A stretch of 55,960 bases of DNA, counting the filler, from Sphacelaria rigidula (taxonomy: Eukaryota), in assembly GCA_964200075.2 (NCBI GenBank). It is 5 parts of 5 records of this genome, joined end to end, with 100 filler letters (N's around TTAATTAATTAA, not from the genome) between each part and the next. Parts side by side here need not be neighbours in the genome. Positions count along the whole stretch, not along the records: positions 22,427 to 33,538 come from CAXNAA020005372.1; positions 33,639 to 44,749 come from CAXNAA020005373.1; 3 more parts are not named here. The stretch is one strand, 5' to 3'. Below are positions 25,501 to 37,579 of the stretch, piece after piece. Under the pieces are notes generated by a model, which worked only from the letters and a program-made list of their open reading frames with translations, was not told the DNA's origin and searched no databases. How positions within the stretch are numbered: the stretch's first letter is position 1; each line of letters starts with the position of its first letter. The position numbers and the translations under genes were made by a program.

Positions 25501-26700
25501 GGCGTATACTCTTATTTAATAAAAGGCAAATGCCTTATATTTGCCGTACCCGAAGTATCTCCGCCTACGACGTGTCTTGTTTGTCAGGATCAAGGAGTTC
25601 TGACTATTATTTCAAACCATTAAGAGTTCTGACTATTCTTTCAATCAATTAACCCCTCCGAGACCGGACCCCCAGAATGACCAGTGAGGGCCCTGAGGAA
25701 TGGTCGGTGTTGAATGATTAGACTTCATTTCGCACAAAATGGGTTTTTGCGCATAACCTTTTGCGTTATTCTAAAAACATATGTTTTGGGAGGTTTCAGC
25801 ATGACAAAGGCATACAAGCTAGGTTTTACGCAAAGCTTGGCGCATATAGTACTCCAACGGGATTATGCACCCCATACCCAGCAGCTCGTAGCTGCCCACG
25901 GGTGCTGCATGTGGCGTGATTCGTTGAGTCGTGGCGTTTGTGTTCGTTTTTTTTTTTTTTAACTTTGTTGCGGGTCTGATACCGGTCCTTGTGTTGTATG
26001 CAAACTGCTTTATGCTCATGTGAAACTGATGAAAAAAATGAGTGTGTCATATTTCACATCAGACGTGGACTTTTGCCCTTCGTGTGCATTTTTTTCCTCA
26101 TACTGGAAGGCATGTTCAATGAGGGGTGCCGCCAGGAACCACCTCAAGAAGGACGCAAAAAAAAACGCGCATATGTCACCGAAATACGCATGAATCCGCG
26201 CATGATTTTCACCTTTGAGCATGAAAAAAAAAAATGAAATGAAAAGCATAAAGGAAAAAATGCGCATAAAAAGCAAAAGACTAATGATGACGAGTATAAG
26301 GAAATGATTACTCTAATATAAAACGAAACTCGTGTGACTTTCACAGTCGTACAACAGTGAAGTCGTGGAGCATTTTCGCGCTGCGGAGTATACTCCCGGC
26401 GGTCTCCAACGGCAGCATGTCGCGACAGGTGAGGCGTTTCTAGTCGGCGCCGCTGACGCCATTGCAGCTCTAGCAGGCAATGGGCCTGGCTACAGCATGT
26501 GGGGTGGTCGTGAAAGCAAGATGGACATGCAGAGGAAAATGAGCACGTCCTGCAGAAAGCTCGGGTCGACGCACCTCTGCTGTGGCCCCGGCTCGAGAGA
26601 TCTTCCCCGAGGAATTACGCCGGGTCCAGCTTTGCACACACCCTTGATGTGATACGGTCTATGCAGGTGGTGAACGCCATTCATCCGAGCTACGAGTGAA

Positions 26701-27465
26701 TCAGAGAGTTTCGCGAAGCCACGAAACTGTCAGAGGCAGAGATAACGCGGTTGAAAAAAGTTGTCTGCACGGAGGTTTAGCGGTGGGTTGCGATAATTGG
26801 AGGAGCAAATCTGAAGGGCATTGGGATAGCAGCCCAACTTCTCGCAATGTCGATCTGACCGTCTGTGATCTGGGGAAGCGCTTGATGGCACAAATGCAAG
26901 AGTGTCGTTGTAGGCCCGCACGGCCGTCGGCATCTGCCGCCACAGCACTGCGGCGAAATATCACGTAATGAAACGTTATAAGAACAGTTTTATTCACCGG
27001 CTGGACACCCTGCCGCTGCTGTCCACCTCCTCCACAGCGGCGGCAAGCCTGCTATCGGCACATGCGACGTTTGTCGGACGGGCATAGAGTTCGAGTGGAT
27101 GGCACCACCGTCCAACTACGCTGTAGGAAATCTCTTGGCAGCGGTGAAGAGACCACCGAACATAGATGCGCGGGAGGTTGACTTTCCGGAAATATTGGCC
27201 GGCAATCGGCCCGGAAACGTCAAGTTTTCCCGCTGACTTCATCTGATATTGTCGCCGATAAGGTCAAGTCAGGTAGCATTCTGCCTAGATCCAGCCCAGC
27301 TACTGCACTGTACAACCCAAGGGCAAGGCAGGGAACGCCATGGCTGGCCGTGGACAAGGTTCAGTATTACCTTAGGGTAATGTAGGGTATCTTCCGGCGG
27401 CTGGCCCGAGCGCAGGTACTGTAGAACCGGCGGCGGCCGCCGCTCTTGTGGAAATGTCGACAGGC
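26701..27465 (-). CDS. Possible 3' exons of an unidentified spliced gene
   Basis: Three segments (27465-27371, 27120-26998, 26869-26701) with pyrimidine-rich CAG acceptors and GTAATA/GTGAAT donors join in one open frame to a stop. No recognisable homology. Confidence 0.25.
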
Positions 27466-28340
27466 CTGGCGGAGAGGGTGTAGGCAGGAGAAGGTCTGGG
27501 TGAAGGAGAAGTCACACGGGGTACGCATCGAGCAAAAAGAAATGGCGGGAGGTTGAGACGTCGAATCGGGGGATATGCTAGAGGAGGACGAAGGACGGCG
27601 AATATATTTTTGCGGTTGGCGACGTGGCCTCTGACGTGGAGGCGGATTCGGCGGTTAGGGGAGAAGGTGCTTCGCTGACGCAAGATTACAAGAAGCTGCG
27701 CGTTCAGATGCGAAGCATGGTTCGCACGTGACGCCCGCATATGTGAGTGCTGTATGCTTAGATAGTGATGACAAGATTGCTATTGCGCACTGTGCGGTAG
27801 GAGAACTTTGACGCACTGAGGAGAGGAGTTGTGGCTTACGAAATTGACGGTGCGTGTCGTCAGTATGTTATGTACCACCCCGCCCACAAAAGGGCACCTG
27901 GGTTGACGTGTTTTTATACACTTATTTCACACACAAAACGCCATTTTTTTTATCGTCTGATTGCACAGTATCTAAATTGCCAGGTAGCGTGCAAGTATTG
28001 TCGACCTGGTTCTACGGAAAGACTGAGGTGGTGACCCATCTAGTTCAACTTGGTGGTGATGCTCACCATCTTTTTTCAGTTACCTCGTTGTCCTCGTTAT
28101 TTTCCGAACCGGCGCATGATGTACTATTTCGAGGCGTGTGAAAAACACCCGCGACTGATGAGATTTCGGATTCCAAAAACGGATGGCCCGCGGGGGTCGC
28201 ATACACCTTGACTACATCTATCGTTCTCTCGCAGAAGTCGCCGTGGAACGGAGGGGAGGGTTAGTTTTCGTCCTATCGAGACGAAGGATATCACAATCAG
28301 CGATATCGTCAAGTTCAAATTGTTCACGGGAGCTGCGCCT

Positions 28341-28616
28341 CTCGATTGATGCTGCGGTAACCCTCCTCCCGAATCAGCCCCAAAACTGCCGCCAAGAAAT
28401 AGCCGTACAGCGCATAATGGCTTATTTCGGACTGCATGGAGCGCCTCATATGGTTGACATTGGCGGGAACGATCCCAAGCGTGGAAGACCCCAGCCGTTC
28501 GGCGTGCTCGGCTTTTGTCATTCTGATTTACCTGTAAACTTTGCCTCATTAAACCGGCCACTTTTTTTTCTTGGGGGGGGGGGGAGGAGGGGGGACTATC
28601 GCGGTATCAGTCCTCT
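28341..28616. mobile_element. MITE-like family B, copy 3
   Basis: Colinear with 2815-3076 (CCAAGAAAT.GCC.TACAGCGCAT, CCTCATATGG, ATCCCAAGCGTGG); ends TGATGCTGCGGTA ... TATCGCGGTATCA. Confidence 0.7.
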
Positions 28617-29612
28617 ATAGAAGTGCGTGTCACACGCTTGCGCGACATACTCCCCGACAAGCAAAATGATATTCCAAACCGCCCAAATGATTTATTTTTC
28701 AAATGTTTGGGATCTTCCAAAAATCACATCCAAAATCATTTTTTTTCTTCATGTTAGTCAACGTTGTTATCGCGGGCCCAGTCATGAGAAATAGTGTGAT
28801 TTTTCCGGATTGCTTCTTTTACTCGTTTCGACAAGACACCGCAGCCTGGCGCTGTACCGTAGCAAGCCAAACGAAACGCAAAGCTTTGCGCGCGCGCTCG
28901 GGAAGGTGACGACGGGCCGACCAACTTGCACGCACGCTCTCCGTCACCTGTCCGCTCCTATGTGCAGGGAATGTGTGTGTGTGGGGGGGGGGGGGGTGTA
29001 AGTAGATGAAGAGCAGGGTACGCAATAAACGTATTATAGTGTCCTGGGAAAGGCGTCTATGAAGTATCACGGACACATGTGCGGTTGCATCCGCCTGTCG
29101 GTCCATGAAAAACGACAAACAACATGAGTCTCGCCCTGGGGGGTGTTTTAATGTCATGATTTGAAAAAAACGTGCCATTATTTTTTTGCACATCGTGAAT
29201 GCTCTCTTAGCCCCAGACGCACGATATAGTAAGGTTGCCACAAGAATGGAAACGAGTAGTACCTAGCGTGAAGCTAGGGACGCGAAGGATACGAAGATCT
29301 GCTGTGGCCCTTTGGAGTAGTATTCATGGAGTCAAAAGTTAGCATATGATATTTGACCCGTCTAGTTCGTAGGGCATACCGGACCGGATTGGTGTAAACT
29401 GTCTTGACAAGGCAAAATTGAAGTAGGGCCACAGGTTCTTATTTGATGTGGTCGAAAAGCACACGGCAGATGTAGAGACAGACCCCCACTGTACATCTCT
29501 TTCATCATCGCCGTTGCCGTACCTCGCAAGGACAGACCTGATGTGACTCGGATCCGTTCGTGTTTTGAGGAGCAACGACAGCCCGCGTGCCCCATCTCGC
29601 ACGATCCTTGTA

Positions 29613-30210
29613 CGAGCTGGGCCAGTTGACAGTGATTTGCGAATGTATCCGGGCCGGGTGGTGGGTAATCCGAAGCGTTGGGCGCTGAAATTTTTACAGA
29701 ACATTTTTATCATGACTACGTACAACCTTCGCGAGGATGCTACGGGAAAAGAAAAGAAAAAATGGAGCGATTTGAAGTTTCTGCAAAAACAAAAAAAGTG
29801 CTGTCATTATAACTCCGTGGAAATAAAGAAATACAAGGTCATCCCTGGTGTAGTTGGGCGTTCTTGTGTAGAGATCCTGGTGCAATTTCGGCCAAAAGTT
29901 CCAGAAATTTGGCGCAGCATCTAACTTTTCGTGTGGCACGCCTGCGCTCGCTAAATTCAAGTGATGCAGTCGACTCCGGTTATGGAGGTCACGAGTTCGA
30001 ATCCCGACGGATCCCTTTTTTTTGGTTCCGTCGGTTTGGTGATACATTATGCAGTACATTTTTTTCAATTTTTTCTCACTCAGCAGCGGTCCCGTGCGTT
30101 ACAACGTTGGTCTGCAGATCACCCCGATATCCTCCAGTCAGGCTGGTTTGGTAAACTTGATGAGTAATGGTGTGACATGCAGATGCGGAATTTACTGCTG
30201 GCCCAGCTCG
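29613..30210 (+). mobile_element. TIR element family D, best copy: TA-flanked non-autonomous DNA transposon with internal tRNA-like cassette
   Basis: Perfect 13-bp TIRs CGAGCTGGGCCAG / CTGGCCCAGCTCG with TA on each side (29611-29612, 30211-30212), as in Tc1/mariner-type insertions. No transposase ORF. Confidence 0.8.
29944..30023 (+). pseudogene. tRNA-like / Pol III promoter-like segment inside element D
   Basis: A-box-like GCTAAATTCAAGTGA, a stem-loop GACTCC..GGAGGTC, B-box/T-loop GAGTTCGAATCCCG, then T8. No acceptor stem can be formed, so it is not a functional tRNA. Confidence 0.5.
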
Positions 30211-33200
30211 TAGCAACACATAAAACCTAGTGACATCACTGTATGGGGCCGCGGCACAACACAGAAGTACTGCAGATCATTTTGTACAGACGATTCCGCC
30301 CGCACATTTGCTGCGGCATGTCCTCACTTTCACAATCATGAAGGCATATCCGCCGGCCTCTCGAGCCCCGTCTAGGTACATGAAGCAAATGGCCGCTTGT
30401 TGTTGTTGTGAGTACACCACTGACGATGAAACAATTTATGTCGCGCTTGGTGCGTGGAGCTATTTCCACTGTGCGATATGGTCAGCACTAGGTTTTGACA
30501 TTGAGTGAAAGTGCATGCTCCTCGAAGATGAGTTTTTTCCTTCACAAGAAACTTCATGAGAATCAAATATTGTCACGTTTTCATCATTCTCCAATTTCTG
30601 CACCTCGAACTCGATCTCCGATCAGATTCACGCTTGACGGAGATCGGGAGGGAACGAGGAGATGAGTGGCAGGATGCTTGGCGATGGAGAGAGCGCGGGG
30701 CGGGAGATGGGTGGGGGGTAGAGTGGACCGGTAGGCGGGCAATGCTCTACGGTTGAGGTGTGGTTGCGACTGAACGGGTGGCATCTTCAGTTTCAGGAGG
30801 GGAGTTGGCGGGGAAGATTCATTCATTTGGGCCAAATCGATCAAAACAGGTTTGTTGGAGGTTCCTCCAGTACGATCTTCACACCTTGAAGTCGTGCAGA
30901 AGAATGGTTCCATCTCCGGCGCCAGCACATTTTTGGGATATCTGATGCTGTCGTCTTTTGCTTATTACCTTTTGCGCGAACGTTCGCCCACCAGACGGCT
31001 TATCTTGGCTCTCTTGGTCCTGTCATATATATATTTATCGGCGAGGACCCTTCACTGCGGATGAGTGGTGACGAGAAGGCTCTGGTCTTGCGCTTAGAGC
31101 GTGATCTTGAAGCGCACATCAGCGGACGGGGGAGCGCGGCTGAGCTGTTTTTATCCTGTGTGATTTTCAGCATATTTTACGAGCGAAGCCTCCGCTGTTG
31201 GTAGGTCTTCAGGGAATTTTACCATCCAGTGTGTTCGTTTACATTTTTCGGCGTACTACTCCATGGCAACTGCATGAGCAGACCCTCCGCTACCGTGACG
31301 TCGTGCCCAAATATTTTGGTCCCGGGTCTCCATGTTGCGCGGAGCCTTGGCATTCGTTGGGTGGCGTCCGTATACGGTGGTCCTGCATCTCACCTTTTTG
31401 TCGAGCGAAGCAGTAGAGTTAACCGGCGTTGTGCTACAAATGTTCTTGGTTAACGCATTACTTGATTTGAGTGTGTACAACGAGAGTCGGATTTTTCGTG
31501 AGGCTGACAGTCCCGTGCGCTCCTCGCGTGCGCAGGATGCATTTTCGTTGAAATCGGCGCCACGGGCGCCGATTTGGGGTCCACCAAGGCCGCACCTTGC
31601 CGAGAGAAAGCTATTTACCGCCCTTGCCCGAGGGTTCGGGGTAGCGATAGTTGTAAAATATGTCAACCGTGGGTATTTGTAGCCCAACCTCGGTAAACTA
31701 GCCTCGAGCGAAGCGTCCTCGACGATACCTCCGAGGCCAGCTGTTTGTGTGTCGTATTTCGGTATTTTTGCTCGCACCGAGGGTTGGCTGTGGTGGGGTC
31801 GTAACGAAAGTCGATGGTTTTGTGTTCGTTTTATTTTGTCGGCAGTTTGTATTCGTACCGCGCGGCTGTCCTTCGCTGTTGTTGAAGTCCTGCGATCTCT
31901 TAGGTTTCGAGTGTGAGCTGGTTGTGCCCAATCATTCAGATGCTGAGATTTTCCGTTGGTCTTGAATGAAGCTGCCGCGGTGGCGAGTCGTGACGACGGT
32001 AATTCGCCTTCTTTTTTTTTCAAGAGCTTGTTTCGAGCGAATGTTAGGGATGGGGATCGGAGGTGGTGGGGTGTTGTGGTCCTGTCTTTACTGTTTTTAT
32101 TTTTCGAGCGCGAGTCTCGGCTATATATATTGCAGGCGCGTGCGGAAATGTCGTCATCCTGTTATCGTTTATCTGTAGCGGTCTACGCTTTGACTACCGC
32201 GAGTCCAATGTGAGCTATTTGGGTGTTGTGTTCCTTTAATTGCTTCCGAGGCAACCCCTCGCTTCTGTAGTGCTGACCCCGGATAATTAGGTGCTGTGCT
32301 ACTCTCCCTTTATTGTTCAGCGGGGCGTTCTCTGTCGAAAAGTTGTGGTCAGATATTGTGGTCCTCTCTTTGTAATGTCTGACAATATGTCCATTGTTTT
32401 ACAGAGCCTGTCGCAATGTTGAAGTTGTGCCGAAAAAGAGCTCGTACGGTGTTTGTAGGGTACTTTTTCCGACCGAACCTTTCGCGATTGGGGGGTGGGA
32501 GGTTTGAGGGGGGCATCTAAATAGTTTTGGTCCAAAGTTACCATGTTGGGTTTCGAGCGGAGCGTCCGATATCGCTGCACGCTGCGGAGATATCTTGAGA
32601 TCCTGTAGCCGTCTCATTCCCGGCCTACTGCATGACGTGGGACTACTCTAGTGCCTACACCGCCCACTCCCGGAACTGCTCCACCGCCACGGAGTGCCCG
32701 GGTGCAGACCCCGTGAACGTTGCCCTGCAAGTCTGGTGGTGGCACTCGCCGCGCCTCAGTTGTACCTGCCATCCTGTCTCGTACCGATGCTGAGCACCAT
32801 GGTAACATGCCTGTACGGCATGAGCTTTATGTTACCGTCGCAGATTGACATGATGCCATCGGGTATGCAGCGGTCGATGTTCAAAAGGGATACCTACGGT
32901 ACGCTTTTTCATCATTGTGGCAGCCGTCACAACAGAGCGCAAAGCGGACGCAACGGCCAGCACGAACTGTATAACCAGGGGCGACTCTTACATACCCGCG
33001 CTTGGGCCTCATTGACGTGCGCAACACTGACCCGGGCCCTGCCAATGTTGGTGGTAGGATGAGCACCTCTCAAAAAACTCGATCCGTTCACTGGTCACTC
33101 GGGCGGGTCACGCTCCAGCCGTCATCTCAGGCTTGTCAAACCTGGGACTGCCATTCTCCATTCACCAGTAGGGGGTATGTGTCACTCTCCTCACTCAGGT

Positions 33201-33426
33201 CCGCGGCCCTGCCGCGCCCTGGTCGGCCACTCTAATACTTATTCTGGTCCGGCGAAACTCGACATCTCTCGACATCTCTCGACAGGTTGAAGATTGCTGT
33301 TCGGACTGCTTGCTTCTACATTGTATTCATTTTACCCGTCCCCACTGCCACCTTGTGTGCTTCGTCTGCAAAACGGTGCGTGGTCACTGGTCGAACAAAA
33401 ACGACAAGGGCAAGTAACGAATGAGC

Positions 33427-33482
<56 letters not shown>

Positions 33483-33538
33483 ACCCCCCCCCAACCCCCC
33501 CTGATAACCACCCCCACCCGACGCCGACACCCCCGCCC

Positions 33539-33638
33539 NNNNNNNNNNNNNNNNNNNNNNNNNNNNNNNNNNNNNNNNNNNNTTAATTAATTAANNNNNN
33601 NNNNNNNNNNNNNNNNNNNNNNNNNNNNNNNNNNNNNN
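33539..33638. other. Artificial contig spacer
   Basis: 44N + TTAATTAATTAA + 44N. Confidence 0.98.
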
Positions 33639-35163
33639 CGCATTCTTAAAATGCGTGGCGGTATCACTCACCCACACACGGGGCACCCCCAAAGTTTTGC
33701 ACCAGTTCAGCAAAGACGTAGCAGTCGATTCAGCAGTACACACGGCTACTGGTTCCAGAGCCACAAAATTGCTCAAATCATCCATGATGACCAAAATGTA
33801 TCGGAACCCAGCATCCTCCGACAAACCTCGGGAAGCCAGCGGGCCACTCTTGCCCACGTGTAAGAAGTAAAAAATGAACGACTTCATTCGGCGTGGTCCC
33901 ATGGACCGTTTCGGGCGGGGAACAACATCGCCCGCCCTCGAGTCAGCACAGTGAAGAGACTGGCGGACAAATTCGCGCACATTAATTTCTATCCCCTTCC
34001 AGACATAAAACTCTTGCAAGCGCACGAGTGTCGCAGCCACACCACGATGCCCGGCGTCGCGCATGTGCGCAAAAATCATCAAACGTACCTGCAACTGCTT
34101 GTCAGAACTTGGAATCCACAAAACGTTTCGGCCACGCACATGCACACGAAACAGACCTTCATTGTCCAAGATAGTAGTACCAACGTCCGACTCGAAAGAT
34201 TTCACATCCGCATCCTCGGCCCCAAGGTCGTTCCGTTGCGCTTGGCGGACAACAGATTGGAAGGGATTGAGTCATCAGGTTCGCACGGGCCATACACAGC
34301 CACAGCGCGCGCAGGCAAAGCAGGAATATTTATCCAGCGCGACAGCAAGTTACCCCACGCGTTACGCTCACCCGAAATATGACAAATCGTGTACCGATAC
34401 TGTCCAAATACTCCTTTCCACCCCTCCAATCGCTGTGCCAACGCCTTCGACACAGACGTCACGCATGCCTGCGGGTTGAAAATGTACGCTAGATTTCGAG
34501 GATCCGTGTAAATGTTTACGCCATTCCACAATAAATGCTCAAGACGACGAAAAGTGCTCACGATAGCAAATATTCCTTGTCAATTTTCGCCCAACGCATC
34601 TGTGAATCCTTAAAATTACCACTCAGGAAAGCCAGCGGTTCATACGCCATGTCTTCAACCGGCAACCGTTTTTGCATTCTTGCATCAGGCACCTGCTTTA
34701 CATAACTACCCCAATGGCACTCAAATGCATCCGGAAACATTGACACCTGACAATCTGGACGAGGATGGAGCAGCGTTACTACATCAGCCACCAAATCCTT
34801 CGCTGCCGCCCACGCCTGCAGCCTGCCCTCCGTCCACGATGCAGGCTTCTTCGGAAACGCATTATCCGGACTGGACCACCCCGCCTGCAAATTCCGTAAC
34901 ACCAACCCGAGCGTCAAAAGAGCCGCCATGCACAATGCCAACCAATTCGGCTTCACTGGATCGTACCGCCGCGGCTTCGTCTTCACCGCGGACGCCCCAG
35001 GTTTTGGCTGAACACGCATGGGCTCCACGCGCGCGGGTGGATCACCCCGCAGCGCACGACGAAACGCGTTGACGCTGCAATGCAATATGCCGCGCAGGCG
35101 CTCCGCTATTGAGACGCTGAGGCTTTTCGCCCCAGCATCCGTCACGCTCTCCTCCAGCGCAAC

Positions 35164-36149
35164 TTACCGAGCGGACTCCTCATCCGCCGGATCAATAAAC
35201 ATATCGGGGCCGCGCTCCACCAAGCGTTCCACTGCCTCATCACGCTCCTCGGACACCTGCCCCCCCGCCTCCTGGAGAGCATCAACCGACAAGCTCACTC
35301 TCCGACTAGCCAAAAAAGCAGGCGTCTCGACACTCGAACCGGGCGCCGGCATTTTTGTTTTCAGGGACCCCAACAACCGATCATACGGATTGACTCCGAG
35401 TCCCCGAAGCGTCGGTAGGCCCAGCAGTACTACATCATCCGTCCCCGGCATGATCGCAAACGATATTGGGGGTAATTTTGCTGGCCCCCAAGTAGTCAGG
35501 AACGCCAACTGTAGGGGAATCGTACGCTCAGTCACATTTATACGTTGCCCAGATGCGGTGATGGCCTGCCGTGCCCCGAGCGAGAACGGAATTCGGATTT
35601 GCTCACCGGGGAGTAGACGCTCCAGCATCTCCACGACTAACACCGACACGCTCGTGAAGTAGGCGCCTGAATCCAACACCGCTTTAACCGATATAGCTCC
35701 CCGCGCCCGCTGATCGAGCCAATATAACTCAGCAGGGACATAATTGTCTTGGTCCTCAACCGGCACCTGCTCTGCTGACTGATGGATCGTGATCCCCACT
35801 TGACGCCACGGCTGCGCGCGTGGCGCAGGCAGAGACGCCTCCGCTGGGGTCGCCGGCACCGCCGGTGGGTACGAAGCCCCGCCCGCAGAACCAAATTGCA
35901 GCGGTACCCCGGCCGGCGCAGCAGCCGATCCAAAGTTCAGCGGTATCCCGGCCGGCGCAGCAGCGGATCCAAATTTCAGCTGAACATCGGCTGGCTCCGC
36001 AGCCGGCGTCTCGCCCTGCTCTGTTGCCGACGGCGCCGGCACCAAGCCTGACACCAGAGAGGTCGGTCCCACCTGCACCGCCCGTTGCGGAGCAGCAGTC
36101 CCTGCGGCTGAACCGAACCCAGAACCGGACCCCTGCTGACGCCGCTGCC

Positions 36150-36190
<41 letters not shown>

Positions 36191-37038
36191 GAAGTCGACT
36201 GTGCACCTCCACCGCTGGAGGATCCGCCGCCGCCGTCACCACGACAACCTCGTATTTTCCCTTTGTAAGGGCGCGCCGCACTCGTCTTCCCAGACTCCCC
36301 CTCAGAGGGTGTTTGGCAATTTCGTGCGATGTGACCGGCCTGGCCACACTGAAAACAAGTAAAATTGGAGCCTGCGGATTTTGGTCCGCGGTTATGCGAG
36401 CTCGAAGACTGCGGCGATGAAGTGGATGATTTTCCGGACACTTCGACTCGCCGCCATGCCTGAGCTTCGGTCACCCCCATATCCATGACTAATTGCGGGT
36501 CCAACTTCCAATTTGTCTCGTGCTGTAACTGTACAAGTACGGCCTGCTTAAATTCCGCCGGGGCCAGACCCTCTACCATCGCTTTACTAACCACCGCAGC
36601 GGGCCCTAGGCGAAATTTCCCATCGGACGAACGATAAATCATCTCTACGTTGGGATTTTCAGCAAAATAAGTTTCCAACTTACCCATTATGGGCTCCACC
36701 TTCTCACGCATAGTCCTCCCCTTGTGGTTCATTGCGACAGCCTTCGCCACTGCCGCGGACGCCTGAGTAAGCTCTACCTCCGCGCCTGCCGCATGCCCTG
36801 CGTGCTTCTTTATCGCTGTGGCCAACTGCAGCGGCGTGATGGTATGCTTTTCATGGAACCGCCTCGCGAAGACGCGCTGTAAGGGTGTTGGTACTAATTG
36901 CGCCATCGAAACCACCTGATGCCTCACCGCACCCCCTGCATTCGCATGCTCCACCCTCCGTTTGTATTCCATGTATTTCGTGTAAAACGATCTAGAGGCA
37001 CCCTCAGAATACAAACTCCCGTAACTGGGCGGCCGCAA
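35164..37038 (-). CDS. Gypsy Gag-protease ORF (624 aa, begins without ATG, probably 5'-truncated)
   Basis: CCHC zinc knuckle, polyQ, three FGSA(A/G) repeats, and an aspartic protease with AVLDSGA and VVLLGLPTL motifs. Confidence 0.85.
36150..36188. repeat. (CTG/CAG)n encoding polyQ in gag
   Basis: Perfect trinucleotide run giving Q13. Confidence 0.95.
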
Positions 37039-37048
37039 CTCTTCCCTT

Positions 37049-37430
37049 AGAATTCAAATCCTCGTATCCACACCAAATCTTCGAAATATGGCTCTATTTC
37101 TTCACGTGCTGATAGCTCTTGGCAACTGCTACACGCCACATAAATTTGAATTTCGATCATCGAAATTTCGGGGTCGTAGGTGAGAAACCAGTTTCGAAAA
37201 CATTTTCGCGTCCGTTCGGACACCCGGAATTCCCAAAATTGGTTTCTCACCTAGGACCCCAACATTTCGGTCATCGAAATCCAAATTTGTAATGCGTCCA
37301 TCACTTGTCAATAGCTATCAGCAGGTGAAGAAATAGAGCCATATTTCGAAGATTTGGTGTGGATACGAAGATTTGAATTCTCCGGGTTTCCCATCCCCAA
37401 CAAAAGACCCATTCTCAATTTGTAAGATCC
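37049..37430. mobile_element. Fold-back (long palindromic) element family F, left-truncated copy
   Basis: 37049-37381 is an imperfect palindrome (AGAATTCAAATCCTCGTATCCACACCAAATCTTCGAAATATGGCTCTATTTCTTCAC and its reverse complement); homologous to 49795-50225. Confidence 0.85.
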
Positions 37431-37579
37431 TGTGTTTCAAACCGTCAATTTCTGTCCCATTCTGTACTGATTGTGGTATCCCCATGTCAGGAAAGTTTGG
37501 TATTACTGGTTTACAGTATCTTCGCACGTGTGAACGGACCCAAAGCGGCCACTTTCCCTCAGACCACCAGAGTCATTTT

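Larger units (their letters stand above)
33639..37038 (-). mobile_element. Degenerate Ty3/Gypsy LTR retrotransposon internal region (gag-PR-[RT deleted]-RNase H-integrase), cut by the contig end
   Basis: Domain order gag (CFQCGQAGHIARNC knuckle), protease (VLDSGA), RT N-flank (DPPARVEPM, WSSP), RNase H (PDA..HWG, PLAFLSG.F..SQ.RW..IDKE, IYTD.RNLAYIF), integrase (H...GHRG...HC; ILVIMDDLSNF, GVP..WVSD..THFKN). One in-frame stop at 35164-35166 and frameshifts near 34560 and 34203. Confidence 0.93.

Noticed and set aside
29944..30023. Functional tRNA gene
   Set aside because: No acceptor stem and a degenerate D arm; kept only as a tRNA-like cassette.
31256..32023. 255-aa minus-strand ORF
   Set aside because: Non-ATG start, no motifs, composition typical of non-coding or decayed TE sequence.
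35018..36362. Long plus-strand ORFs (214 and 180 aa)
   Set aside because: Antisense shadows of the GC-rich gag-protease ORF.
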